Positions 18,926-28,316 of a stretch of 64,000 nucleotides of DNA are shown one piece after another (positions within the stretch are counted from its first letter, which is position 1; the number at the start of each line of letters is the position of its first letter). The DNA lies in assembly GCA_021372585.1 (NCBI GenBank), contig JAJFUD010000029.1, forward strand, positions 16,362 to 80,361, written 5' to 3'. A model generated the notes under the pieces. It was not told the DNA's origin and made no database searches. It saw nothing but the letters and a program-made list of their open reading frames with translations. The DNA is from a bacterium (lineage in GTDB: Bacteria; Caldisericota; Caldisericia; UBA6126). Made by a program: the position numbers and the translations under genes.

Positions 18926-20167
18926 CTAAGGTACCGCTTGAGATACTTTATAAATGATGTTTTTCCCCTTTAGGGTTAAGTAGATCGATTGGTCATTGCC
19001 AAGGTACATTGTTTCCACTTCTGTGGAGAGTGGTGTGGGGATTTTTATTTTCCATTTTGTTGAGCCATCAGGATTAAAAGCATATAAATATCGATCACCT
19101 GACATGCCCCCTGCAGCAATGTAAGTATGATTCTCCTGGTCTGCCAGGATCGGTGAAATCTCACTACCAATCAATTTTCTTTCCCAAATAACTTCTCCCA
19201 GGTTATTATAGGAGCTGACAAAAGTAACCCCCTCCTTGATAGAAGAGAGCGCGGTAACAAACTGACCATTTGGACAGACTTGGAAAGGAACTGAATAAAT
19301 ACCCGCTCGTTTTTCTTCTTTTCTCCAGATCTCATCACCATTCCGGTTTAATCCTATCAACCATTTTGAGTTTTCCATTTGGATGGTTTCCTCTTTTACT
19401 GAATACAAAGGAAACATTACGTAGGATTGGAAAGTCTGGTTGAACGGAAAGCCCAACGTTTTGTTGCTGGGAAAATTCTTTTTCCATCGAGGGATGCCGT
19501 TGGAAGTAAAGGAAAATAAGGATACATCGGTGAATTTTTTATCTTCAGAGATATCTTCGACAAAATAATAGACATTGTTTTCATCGTCAAACCATAACCC
19601 ATCGATTAGAATATGACCGCCATATTTTACTTGATAGGGTGCTTTCCAGCGAAGGTTGCCTCGGGCATCCAAGCTGGAAAAGATCAGCTCCTTTTTTTCT
19701 TGGGAAGGCAGAGTGGTATAAATATACCCATCAGGTCCCAGGAAGCATGTTCCCGTTTCCATCCAGATACTTTTTACCGATCCGTCAAGATTGTATAATC
19801 GAATAGCATCTAGCATGGTTAATAGTGTTTTGTTGTCTACCATCCTTAAAACCGGTTGAAAGGCTCCCTCTTTGCTCCATTGCAAGGTGCCTTTCGGATT
19901 CAAGGAGTAAAAATGTTGGTCTCTTCCAATAAAATAAACATTTCCATCAGAGTCCGATTGAATGGGAATATACAATCCTTTTTCATCCTGAGAAGAGGGT
20001 ATTTGGAAGAACCAGCTATTCTCCGGATTCTCAATGCCTTGGACAAACTGTGGCAGGGGTGTGAAAGGAATAGGTTCGCTGGTGATGGTAATAGCAGGTT
20101 TTTTACAGGATACAGCAGCCAGTAGCAGAGTGGTCATTAAGATAACATTGCATTTTTTGAATGACAT
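18926..20167 (-). CDS. Lipoprotein with PQQ-like beta-propeller repeats
   Basis: Signal peptide ending AVSC; repeated FYSLNPKG.LQW, SLDARGNLRW, FTSNGIPRW, AFNPDGSTKW blades. Confidence 0.78.
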   Translation of the reverse strand: MSFKKCNVILMTTLLLAAVSCKKPAITITSEPIPFTPLPQFVQGIENPENSWFFQIPSSQDEKGLYIPIQSDSDGNVYFIGRDQHFYSLNPKGTLQWSKEGAFQPVLRMVDNKTLLTMLDAIRLYNLDGSVKSIWMETGTCFLGPDGYIYTTLPSQEKKELIFSSLDARGNLRWKAPYQVKYGGHILIDGLWFDDENNVYYFVEDISEDKKFTDVSLFSFTSNGIPRWKKNFPSNKTLGFPFNQTFQSYVMFPLYSVKEETIQMENSKWLIGLNRNGDEIWRKEEKRAGIYSVPFQVCPNGQFVTALSSIKEGVTFVSSYNNLGEVIWERKLIGSEISPILADQENHTYIAAGGMSGDRYLYAFNPDGSTKWKIKIPTPLSTEVETMYLGNDQSIYLTLKGKNIIYKVSQAVP

Positions 20168-20384
20168 ATACCCTCCTCAGTCTTGAGTTATGTTGTAATC
20201 ATATAGGTTTTTTTTGAAATGTCTATAAAAAAAGGAGAAAATCTCAATTGCAATCATAATTCTGAAGTATTCAATCCATAACGGAATCGCTGATTCCATT
20301 GACATAGAAGAATGATAAGACTTGTGGAACAAAGTATCTGGTTTTAGTGTAAAATAGAGTAGAACTAAAAATAAGGAGAAACGT

Positions 20385-20663
20385 ATGGGGGAAAAAGTTT
20401 TTACAACAGAACAAGCAAAACAAATAGGCGACCAATTAGGAATCAAATGGGATGAGTTTGATGTAGAGCAGTTTCGTCGTGGCATGGACGTTGAATTGGA
20501 ACACGGCACGAAAACGAGTGCCATTACCAATGTTACCAACAATGATCCTCTCGTGACCGGTAAAATTGCATTGGCTCATTTAATGGAGATACCTGATTAT
20601 TATACCCGGTTAGATGAAATGGAGAAAATCGGAGAAGCCTTCTGGGAAGGTAAGCACAAATAA
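20385..20663 (+). CDS. DUF5661-like small protein
   Basis: EQFRRGMDVELEHG, TGKIALAHLMEIPDYYTRL. Confidence 0.75.
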   Translation: MGEKVFTTEQAKQIGDQLGIKWDEFDVEQFRRGMDVELEHGTKTSAITNVTNNDPLVTGKIALAHLMEIPDYYTRLDEMEKIGEAFWEGKHK

Positions 20664-21688
20664 ACCGGCATAGTACCCGGCCTATTTCAATCGGGCATTG
20701 TGTGATAGGCGGTAACCATCCTGTTTTAGTCCAGAGTATGACAGTCGCTAAACCGGCGGATACGAATAATTGTATAGAGGAAATCAAGAGACTGGATTCG
20801 GTCGGATGTGACTTGATACGGGTGGCTATCCCGGATTCAGCATCAGCCAAATCCATTCGGATATTAAAACAAAGCACCGACACCCCCTTAATTGCTGATA
20901 TTCATTTTGATCCTGACTTAGCTCTGACAGCGATTGAGCAGGGAATCGATAAGATACGTCTGAATCCTTCTAATGTAAAAGACCCGATCCGCATCCGGGA
21001 TATTGTACAAGCGGCTTCCGCAGAGAATATTCCGATCCGGGTCGGTGCCAATGCCGGTTCCATAAAATTAACGCAAGGAATGAATATCACAGAAGCGCTA
21101 TTTCAGGCATTACAACATGAAGTGGATTTGTTAGAATCATTAGGATTTACGCAGATTGTGTTATCTGCTAAGTGTTCTTCGATAGACCAGAACTGGCTAT
21201 TGAATCAGAAGATTGCACAAATCTATTCCTATCCGATACACATAGGGCTCACCGAAGCAGGCTTGCTGACACCGGGCATTGTTCAGACTACCTTAAGTCT
21301 GTCAGCCTTATTAAAAGCCGGTATTGGAGACACCTTGCGTTTCTCTCTCAGCGGAGAGTTAGAGCAGGAAGTCATTGCCGGCAAGACACTTTTACAGTCA
21401 CTGGGAATGCGTACCGGTGTCAGGGTGATTGCCTGCCCGATGTGCGGCAGAAGCCGATGGAATGTGCAGAAATATGCAACAATCATTTCCAGGGCTTGTG
21501 CAAAATTGGAAATGCCGTTAACGGTTGCGGTCATGGGCTGCGAAGTAAATGGTCCCGGTGAAGCCAGAGAAGCAGATTATGGTCTGGCAGGGAGCGGGGC
21601 GTATGTCGTGTTTTTTGAAAAGGGCGAGATCCGGGACAAAGGAGCGCCGGAAGAGATGTTGAAAAAGCTCCTAAACAAGATAATATAA
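20660..21688 (+). CDS. ispG: 4-hydroxy-3-methylbut-2-en-1-yl diphosphate synthase (probable ATA start)
   Basis: VQSMT, PLIADIHF, IRLNPSN, CPMCGR, VMGCEVNGPGEA; conserved N-terminal R..TRPI.IG lies upstream of GTG 20702. Confidence 0.92.
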   Translation: MNRHSTRPISIGHCVIGGNHPVLVQSMTVAKPADTNNCIEEIKRLDSVGCDLIRVAIPDSASAKSIRILKQSTDTPLIADIHFDPDLALTAIEQGIDKIRLNPSNVKDPIRIRDIVQAASAENIPIRVGANAGSIKLTQGMNITEALFQALQHEVDLLESLGFTQIVLSAKCSSIDQNWLLNQKIAQIYSYPIHIGLTEAGLLTPGIVQTTLSLSALLKAGIGDTLRFSLSGELEQEVIAGKTLLQSLGMRTGVRVIACPMCGRSRWNVQKYATIISRACAKLEMPLTVAVMGCEVNGPGEAREADYGLAGSGAYVVFFEKGEIRDKGAPEEMLKKLLNKII

Positions 21689-21727
21689 ACTGGGTCAATT
21701 GGATGTTTTTTAGATAAAGGAGATACA

Positions 21728-24658
21728 ATGACAAAACAAATCGGACAACAGCATGCAGGATTTGAATTACAGGATGTACAAGTCATTCAGGAGATAAATT
21801 CCATCGCTTATACCTGGATTCACATGGAAACGAAGCTAAAATTGCTGTACTTGGAAAACAATGACGATAACAAAGTATTCATGATCGGTTTCAGAACCCC
21901 GCCGGGAGATTCTACGGGTGTCCCTCATATCATTGAACATTCCGTATTATGCGGTTCAGACAAATTCCCGTTGAAGGACCCATTTTTGGAACTAGCCAAA
22001 GGGTCGATGAATACCTTTATCAATGCCATGACTTCCTCCGATTATACATTGTACCCGGTAGCCAGCCAAAACAGCAAGGACTTTCAAAATCTGATGGACG
22101 TCTATATGGATGCGGTCTTGCACCCTGTCATGAAACGCGAAAAAAAGATCTTCCAACAGGAAGGCTGGCATTATGAAATTCTGGATCAACAGGACCCGAT
22201 TACCATCCAAGGGATCGTCTATAACGAGATGAAAGGAGCTTATTCATCTCCGGAAGCCATTCTGGATTCTCATTTGCTTCCCTCCCTATACCCCCATACC
22301 CCCTATCGCCATGATTCGGGTGGGAATCCCGATTTTATTCCTACCTTAACCTATGAGGATTTTATCGCCTTTCATAACCGATTTTACCATCCCTCCAATG
22401 GTTTCATCATGTTGTATGGGGACGGTAATATGGAAGAACAGCTCTCCTTTTTACAGGAGAAATATTTACAGTATTATACCTATCAATTCGTAGATTCTGC
22501 TTTACCGCTTGAGCCTTCCTTTAACGAGAGAAAAACAGTGAATTTTACTTACCCGGCGCAGGATCGGGAAAATCTGGAGGAGAAAACCTATTTTGCCCTG
22601 AATTTCGCATTACCCCCTGTCGTAGACTCAAAAACGCATCTGGCATGGGATGTACTGACCTATATTTTATTGAATAGCCCTACCGCTCCGTTGAAAAAAG
22701 CATTACTGGATGCTGGATTGGGGAAAGATATCTTCGGAGGCGTCACGCAATCTCTTCACCAACCAGTATTTTCGATTATTTCGAAGCATGCTTCTCTCCG
22801 GGATCAGGAACGATTTCTCTCTGTCATTCAGGAAACATTAGCTCATATCGTGGCGAACGGACTGGATAAAAAATTGGTGGAATCGTCGCTGAATCACTAT
22901 GAATTTCTGTTAAAAGAGGCAGACTATCACGGGTTACCAAAAGGATTGGCTTATGCCTTTTTAATGGTCATGGATAGTTGGTTATACGACTTGAAACCAA
23001 CGCTTCATCTTGCTTTTCAACCCGGACTGGATGCATTGAAGCAAGCCCTCAGCAAGCCAATTTTTGAAGAGCTGATTCAGAGATTTCTGATGAACAATTC
23101 GCATAATTCGCTTTTGATTGGAAAACCTGATCTGAATATGGCTGAGGAAAAAGCTAGCCAGCTGGAAAAAGAGATGACAGCTTTAAAAGAGAGTTTAACG
23201 GTTGAAGCGTTACAAACGTTGGTTCAGGAATCGGTTAATTTAAAAAATTATCAGGCAGAAGAGGATTCTGACGAAATCAGGATGAAAATCCCTCAATTGT
23301 CTCTACAGGATATTCGACAGAGTGCTTTGTGGTACCCTCAAACCAAGGAAACCGTTCAAAATGTGCAGTACTTGTTTCAACCTATTGAAACCAATGGTAT
23401 CGCTTATTTGAAAGTTTTTTTCCCAATCAATCAGCTAACCTTGGAAGAGCTTCCTTTTGTATCGTTGTTAACCGACCTAATGGGACAGATAGACACCAAA
23501 CAACATCCTTACGATGTACTCAGCCAGGAGGTTGATCTTCATACCGGCGGTATTGATTTTAATACTGAAATCGTGAATCAATTTGATTCGGATACCATTT
23601 TTACCCCTTACTTTACGGTGCAAACCAAATTCTTTCCCCGGTATGTCACCAAAGCGCTCTCATTGGTGCATGAGATACTGACCGATACTACCTGGAATCA
23701 ACCAAAGCGAATTCGAGAGCTGTTGCAGGAATATTGCTCCCGGTTTGAGATGAACCTGTTTTACCAGGGAAATCGTTTTGCCATGAGAAGGGTATCCCAC
23801 TATTTTTCACCTGCTAGTTTTATTCAGGAACAACTTGATGGAATCGGTTTTTATCAGTGGGTTCTCGAATGGCTGCCACGTTTAGACAAAGATTTTGACC
23901 TGTTCATGCAAACCCTTGAGAAAGTGAGAACCTCTTTATTGCAACAAGCCGGCCGAGTGGTTTCCGTGACCGGCGATTCCGAGATGCTATCCTCTCTGAA
24001 GGGGGAGATTCAATCTCTAAACCAGTCCTGGCCAGCGAAGCAAAGTGGCATAGCAGAATGGGAGATTCCGAGCGTCCCGGTGGAAGAAGGCATTCAGACA
24101 TGCGCCAGAGTTCAATATGTCGCAAAAGGGTACAATTATAAGCGCAAAGGGCACCCTTATCATGGGAGCTATATGGTGATCGATAATCTGTTATCCTATG
24201 ATTATCTGTGGAGCCAGATCCGTGTTCAGGGTGGGGCGTATGGCGCGAATTCACAGATCAACCGCAATGGCAATATCGGATTTGTTTCGTACCGTGACCC
24301 GCATCTGAGGGAAACGATCGATGTCTACCGGAAAGCAGCGGATTTTTTAAGAGACTTTCAAGCCAGCCAACGCGTTATCAACTCTTATATTATCGGTTCA
24401 CTCAGCGCTTTGGATCATCCCTTAACGCCATCACAGCAAGGGGATAGGGCAGCTCGGTATACGATGTCCGGGATGACAAAAGCTTTTCTTGACCAAGAGC
24501 GGGAACAGATCTTCCGAACGACAGCTAAAGAGATCCATGCTTTTGCACCGATTCTGGAGGAATGCATGAAGATGCCGTATACCTGCGTACTGGGCAATGA
24601 TAAGAAGATTGACCAGGAAAAAGAGCTATTTAATAAGTTGACAAAACTGGCTATTTAG
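21728..24658 (+). CDS. M16C insulinase/presequence-protease-like metallopeptidase
   Basis: HIIEHSVLCGS (HxxEH), NAMT, VYNEMKG, RVQGGAYG, SYRDP. Confidence 0.92.
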   Translation: MTKQIGQQHAGFELQDVQVIQEINSIAYTWIHMETKLKLLYLENNDDNKVFMIGFRTPPGDSTGVPHIIEHSVLCGSDKFPLKDPFLELAKGSMNTFINAMTSSDYTLYPVASQNSKDFQNLMDVYMDAVLHPVMKREKKIFQQEGWHYEILDQQDPITIQGIVYNEMKGAYSSPEAILDSHLLPSLYPHTPYRHDSGGNPDFIPTLTYEDFIAFHNRFYHPSNGFIMLYGDGNMEEQLSFLQEKYLQYYTYQFVDSALPLEPSFNERKTVNFTYPAQDRENLEEKTYFALNFALPPVVDSKTHLAWDVLTYILLNSPTAPLKKALLDAGLGKDIFGGVTQSLHQPVFSIISKHASLRDQERFLSVIQETLAHIVANGLDKKLVESSLNHYEFLLKEADYHGLPKGLAYAFLMVMDSWLYDLKPTLHLAFQPGLDALKQALSKPIFEELIQRFLMNNSHNSLLIGKPDLNMAEEKASQLEKEMTALKESLTVEALQTLVQESVNLKNYQAEEDSDEIRMKIPQLSLQDIRQSALWYPQTKETVQNVQYLFQPIETNGIAYLKVFFPINQLTLEELPFVSLLTDLMGQIDTKQHPYDVLSQEVDLHTGGIDFNTEIVNQFDSDTIFTPYFTVQTKFFPRYVTKALSLVHEILTDTTWNQPKRIRELLQEYCSRFEMNLFYQGNRFAMRRVSHYFSPASFIQEQLDGIGFYQWVLEWLPRLDKDFDLFMQTLEKVRTSLLQQAGRVVSVTGDSEMLSSLKGEIQSLNQSWPAKQSGIAEWEIPSVPVEEGIQTCARVQYVAKGYNYKRKGHPYHGSYMVIDNLLSYDYLWSQIRVQGGAYGANSQINRNGNIGFVSYRDPHLRETIDVYRKAADFLRDFQASQRVINSYIIGSLSALDHPLTPSQQGDRAARYTMSGMTKAFLDQEREQIFRTTAKEIHAFAPILEECMKMPYTCVLGNDKKIDQEKELFNKLTKLAI

Positions 24659-24659
24659 A

Positions 24660-26438
24660 TCAGTCTTGTCGGGAAGTTCCTGCTGAATCATTTTCGATAA
24701 TGGTGTCGGGCATATATCCTTTGTACTGGGCTTTGAATAATTTAGCATAATACCCGTTGCTGGATAACAAAGCTTCATGGGATCCTTTTTCCTGAATCCC
24801 TTCATCGGTCAGTACGATAATGGTGTCTGCATTCTGGATCGTAGACAATCGATGGGCGATGGTGATAGTGGTCCTGTTTTTCGACAATACCTCGATGGCT
24901 TTCTGTATCTCCGCCTCCGTCTCATTATCCAGAGAGGATGTCGCTTCATCCAAAATGAGTATCGGGGGATTTTTCAGGAATACCCTCGCAAGAGCGATTC
25001 GTTGTTTCTGTCCTCCTGAGAGCTTTACCCCTCTTTCTCCGACAAACGAATCCATCCCTTCCGGTAAGGATCGGATAAAATCATCAATCCTCGCTTGTTT
25101 GGCGGCTTCCCAAATCTCCTCCTCAGTAGCCTCTACTTTTCCATAGACAATATTCTCCCGTACAGTACCCCAAAAGATAATAACATCCTGCTGAACACAC
25201 CCGATCTGCTTCCTGAGTGACTCCAGGGTAAAATGCTGAATGGGGTGGTCATCGATTTTCACGGCTCCCGACGTTACATTATAAAAGCGTGGAATCAGGT
25301 TGGCTATCGTGGTTTTCCCCACTCCCGAGGGGCCGACCAGTGCGACATTTTCGCCTGGTGTTATCGTCAGGGAGAGGTCATGCAACACTTCTTTGTCACT
25401 TCCCTCGTATTGAAAGGACACGTGATCCAGCTCGATAAGTCCCTTACATTGCGAAAGGGTGACAGCACCGGGCTCATCTTTGATATCCGGGGTGATATCC
25501 ATGATCTGGCAAAAGCGTTTAAAACCGCTGATACCTGATTCAAACATCTCGACGAACATCATGAGTCGCCGGATGGGTTGAAACATAAAAGCAGCATACA
25601 TCACATACGCGACAAAGCTACCAAAGGAAAGTTGGTCATGCATAATGAAATAAGCGCCTAAAATGAGTACGGTTAAGTTCATCAGATCGATCAAAAATCC
25701 GTTGCCTCCGCCAAATATGGCAATGGCTCTGTACACTTTTTTCCAGGAGTTACGGTATTCAGAATTGATCAGGTCAAACTTTTCCATTTCCACGGCTTCA
25801 TTGGTGAAGGATTTTGTCAGGTAGATACCGGAAAAACTGGATTCAATCCGGGCATTCATCTCTCCGTGAGATTCACGTACTTTATTGTAAGCAGTTTCAA
25901 TGTCTCGCCTTTTTAATACAGAGAATACCACTAACAACATCATGACGAAAAATAAGCAAAGGGTCATGAAAACATGGATCCGAATCAGAAAAATAAAACT
26001 GCCGATAAACATCAGCAGCGAAATCAATAGATCCTCCGGCCCATGGTGCGAAAGTTCAGCAATATCCCGTAAATCACCAACAAAACGGTTGACCAGCTGA
26101 CCCACTTTTTGATTGCTAAAAAAACTATACGGTAAGTATTCGATATGCCGAAATAAATCTGTTCGCATATCATGCTCGATGAGTGTCCCCATTGTGTGAC
26201 CGTAATAACCGACTATGTAGCTGAAGACCATCCGTAAGATAAAAAATAGAAGGATAAAGCCAGCGACAATCAGCATGGTATGCCATGCATGACGGGGGAT
26301 CCACACATCCATAAATTGCTTGGTTATCATAGGAAAAGCGAGATCAATACCCGCCATCATCAATGCACAGCTCATATCGAGCCAGAACAACCATTTATGC
26401 GGACGATAATACCGGATGAAGCGACTAAGTGTGCTCAA
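24660..26438 (-). CDS. ABC exporter, fused permease/ATPase
   Basis: N-terminal TM domain, GPSGVGKT, LSGGQKQR, ILDEATS. Confidence 0.93.
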   Translation of the reverse strand: MSTLSRFIRYYRPHKWLFWLDMSCALMMAGIDLAFPMITKQFMDVWIPRHAWHTMLIVAGFILLFFILRMVFSYIVGYYGHTMGTLIEHDMRTDLFRHIEYLPYSFFSNQKVGQLVNRFVGDLRDIAELSHHGPEDLLISLLMFIGSFIFLIRIHVFMTLCLFFVMMLLVVFSVLKRRDIETAYNKVRESHGEMNARIESSFSGIYLTKSFTNEAVEMEKFDLINSEYRNSWKKVYRAIAIFGGGNGFLIDLMNLTVLILGAYFIMHDQLSFGSFVAYVMYAAFMFQPIRRLMMFVEMFESGISGFKRFCQIMDITPDIKDEPGAVTLSQCKGLIELDHVSFQYEGSDKEVLHDLSLTITPGENVALVGPSGVGKTTIANLIPRFYNVTSGAVKIDDHPIQHFTLESLRKQIGCVQQDVIIFWGTVRENIVYGKVEATEEEIWEAAKQARIDDFIRSLPEGMDSFVGERGVKLSGGQKQRIALARVFLKNPPILILDEATSSLDNETEAEIQKAIEVLSKNRTTITIAHRLSTIQNADTIIVLTDEGIQEKGSHEALLSSNGYYAKLFKAQYKGYMPDTIIENDSAGTSRQD

Positions 26439-26447
26439 GAGTTTACT

Positions 26448-27707
26448 TTACGAGCCTTTCATCCATTTTTCAATATCATTCACTGTTTTTGGTATTTTAC
26501 AAGACAGTATCTGATATCCTTTTTGGGTGATCAAGACGTCATCTTCAATCCGGATGCCGATATTTTCATCCCGGAAATACAATCCGGGTTCTACCGTGAT
26601 GACCATTCCCGGCTCTAACACATCCCGTTGACCAACATCATGTGTATCTAAACCAAGGTAATGGCTGACACCATGATAATAGAATTCCTGCAGATCGCTA
26701 TCATTCTGACATTTACCAATTGTCTGCAATCCTTTCAACAGCTCTTTTCGCGCAGTTTTATTCAGCTCTTCAAAGAGTAGACCGGGCTTAATCCTATCAA
26801 TCACCGCTTGCTGGGTATCCAATACAATCTGATATAAAGTTTTTTGGGTATTGGAGAAATGACCGCAGACCGGGATCGTCCTGGTGATATCAGCGCTATA
26901 ATATTCCCATTGAGCTCCCAGATCCAGCAATAGCAGATCGCTTTCCCCCGATACGGCACAATTATCGCAATAGTGGAGAGTCGCTGCATTTTTTCCACAG
27001 GCGGCAATCGTTTTAAACGCTTTATCGGTGACACCATTCTTACGTAGAATAAAATCAAAATACGCTTCCAACTCGTATTCCATCATTCCCGGCTGACAAT
27101 GGGTCACTAATTCAGTTAATCCCTGATGAGTCAGATCGATTGCTTTTTCGATCAGTTTGATCTCTTCGGGTTGTTTTATACGACGCAGGGCATGTATAGC
27201 CGGACCGATATGGCGGGGGGTAATATAAGGATACTTTGTGCTCAGTGAAATGTGGAGGGTTTGTTCCCAGGTAACTGCTTCCTGCCACCCTCTTCGTTGA
27301 AAATCCAACCAAACTTTTGGTTGAAGAAGGGAGGCAATATCGTAATGAAGAGATTTTTCAAAACTATCGATCGATTGAATATTCGTGATACCTGAAAGTT
27401 TTTCTGCTTCTTCATGAGAAAGTTTTTCTCCGATCCATCGGGACAGAACGGGGTCATTGTTCTCTATAAACAGCTTCTCTCTGCAGGTTTGTTTCGATTT
27501 TATCATCACCAATATCATGTTGTCTCTGTCAATGCCGGTCAGGTAAAAGAAATTTCGATTAGGGGTGAAGGGATACGTCTCGTCCCCGGTTTTATACATC
27601 ATATTACCGCTGTAAACAATAACAATCGATTCATCCGATAATGGATCCATTAACCGTTTTCTATTGTCGATATAAAAATCAGATTTCATTTTATTCTCCT
27701 TCAACAA
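26448..27707 (-). CDS. pepP: Xaa-Pro aminopeptidase (M24B)
   Basis: LLLDLG, SADITRT, HGVSHYLGLDTHD, TVEPGLY, IRIEDD. Confidence 0.9.
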   Translation of the reverse strand: MLKENKMKSDFYIDNRKRLMDPLSDESIVIVYSGNMMYKTGDETYPFTPNRNFFYLTGIDRDNMILVMIKSKQTCREKLFIENNDPVLSRWIGEKLSHEEAEKLSGITNIQSIDSFEKSLHYDIASLLQPKVWLDFQRRGWQEAVTWEQTLHISLSTKYPYITPRHIGPAIHALRRIKQPEEIKLIEKAIDLTHQGLTELVTHCQPGMMEYELEAYFDFILRKNGVTDKAFKTIAACGKNAATLHYCDNCAVSGESDLLLLDLGAQWEYYSADITRTIPVCGHFSNTQKTLYQIVLDTQQAVIDRIKPGLLFEELNKTARKELLKGLQTIGKCQNDSDLQEFYYHGVSHYLGLDTHDVGQRDVLEPGMVITVEPGLYFRDENIGIRIEDDVLITQKGYQILSCKIPKTVNDIEKWMKGS

Positions 27708-27753
27708 ACTCCTACCTATTCATTTTACTTTTAAATGGAGAGAAGACAAAAAT

Positions 27754-27782
27754 GAAAAAAGGGGCCATTTGCCCCGTTTTTC
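27754..27782 (-). terminator. Rho-independent terminator after dfx
   Basis: GGGGC/GCCCC stem followed by a T run on the minus strand. Confidence 0.7.
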
Positions 27783-27805
27783 AGATAAAAATCAATTGAC
27801 CGGGT

Positions 27806-28189
27806 TTACTTGGTTTGCCATAAACCATGAATATTACAATATTCACGGACTTTCTTCACCGATGAAACTGCGGGAAACTCTGCTTCAGGTGCAGATCCAG
27901 GTGTTAAATGCTTACGATACACTTTATCATCATTGGTAATAATCTCGATCCATTGGATAAAATGCTTTTCTTCCATCGGATGCGGAATCGAACCAACTTT
28001 CACGATCACTTTGTCCGGCTGTTGTTCTATGACCGGTTTGTGTTTTTCGTTACCGGTGTCCATTTCCTGTTCAACCATTAATTTCATTGGTTTTCCGCAG
28101 CAAACCAACTCACCACTTCCACCATGCAGTACTTCTACAATATTGCCACATACTTCACATTTATAAACCTCATGTAAAACAGTCATCAA
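27806..28189 (-). CDS. dfx: Desulfoferrodoxin (superoxide reductase)
   Basis: [35 protein letters not shown]. Confidence 0.95.
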   Translation of the reverse strand: MMTVLHEVYKCEVCGNIVEVLHGGSGELVCCGKPMKLMVEQEMDTGNEKHKPVIEQQPDKVIVKVGSIPHPMEEKHFIQWIEIITNDDKVYRKHLTPGSAPEAEFPAVSSVKKVREYCNIHGLWQTK

Positions 28190-28274
28190 TCCCTCCCTGT
28201 CATTTTCTTATAAAAAAGCTAACCAAAAAAGAGGAAATCGGTTTCCAATAATTCAGGATTTCAATCTGAAAATT

Positions 28275-28283
28275 TGTTATAAT
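28275..28283 (+). promoter_or_regulatory. Extended -10 promoter of the S8 protease
   Basis: TG-T-TATAAT. Confidence 0.55.
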
Positions 28284-28316
28284 TATCCCAATTCAAGCAT
28301 GAGAGGCGTCAATAAT

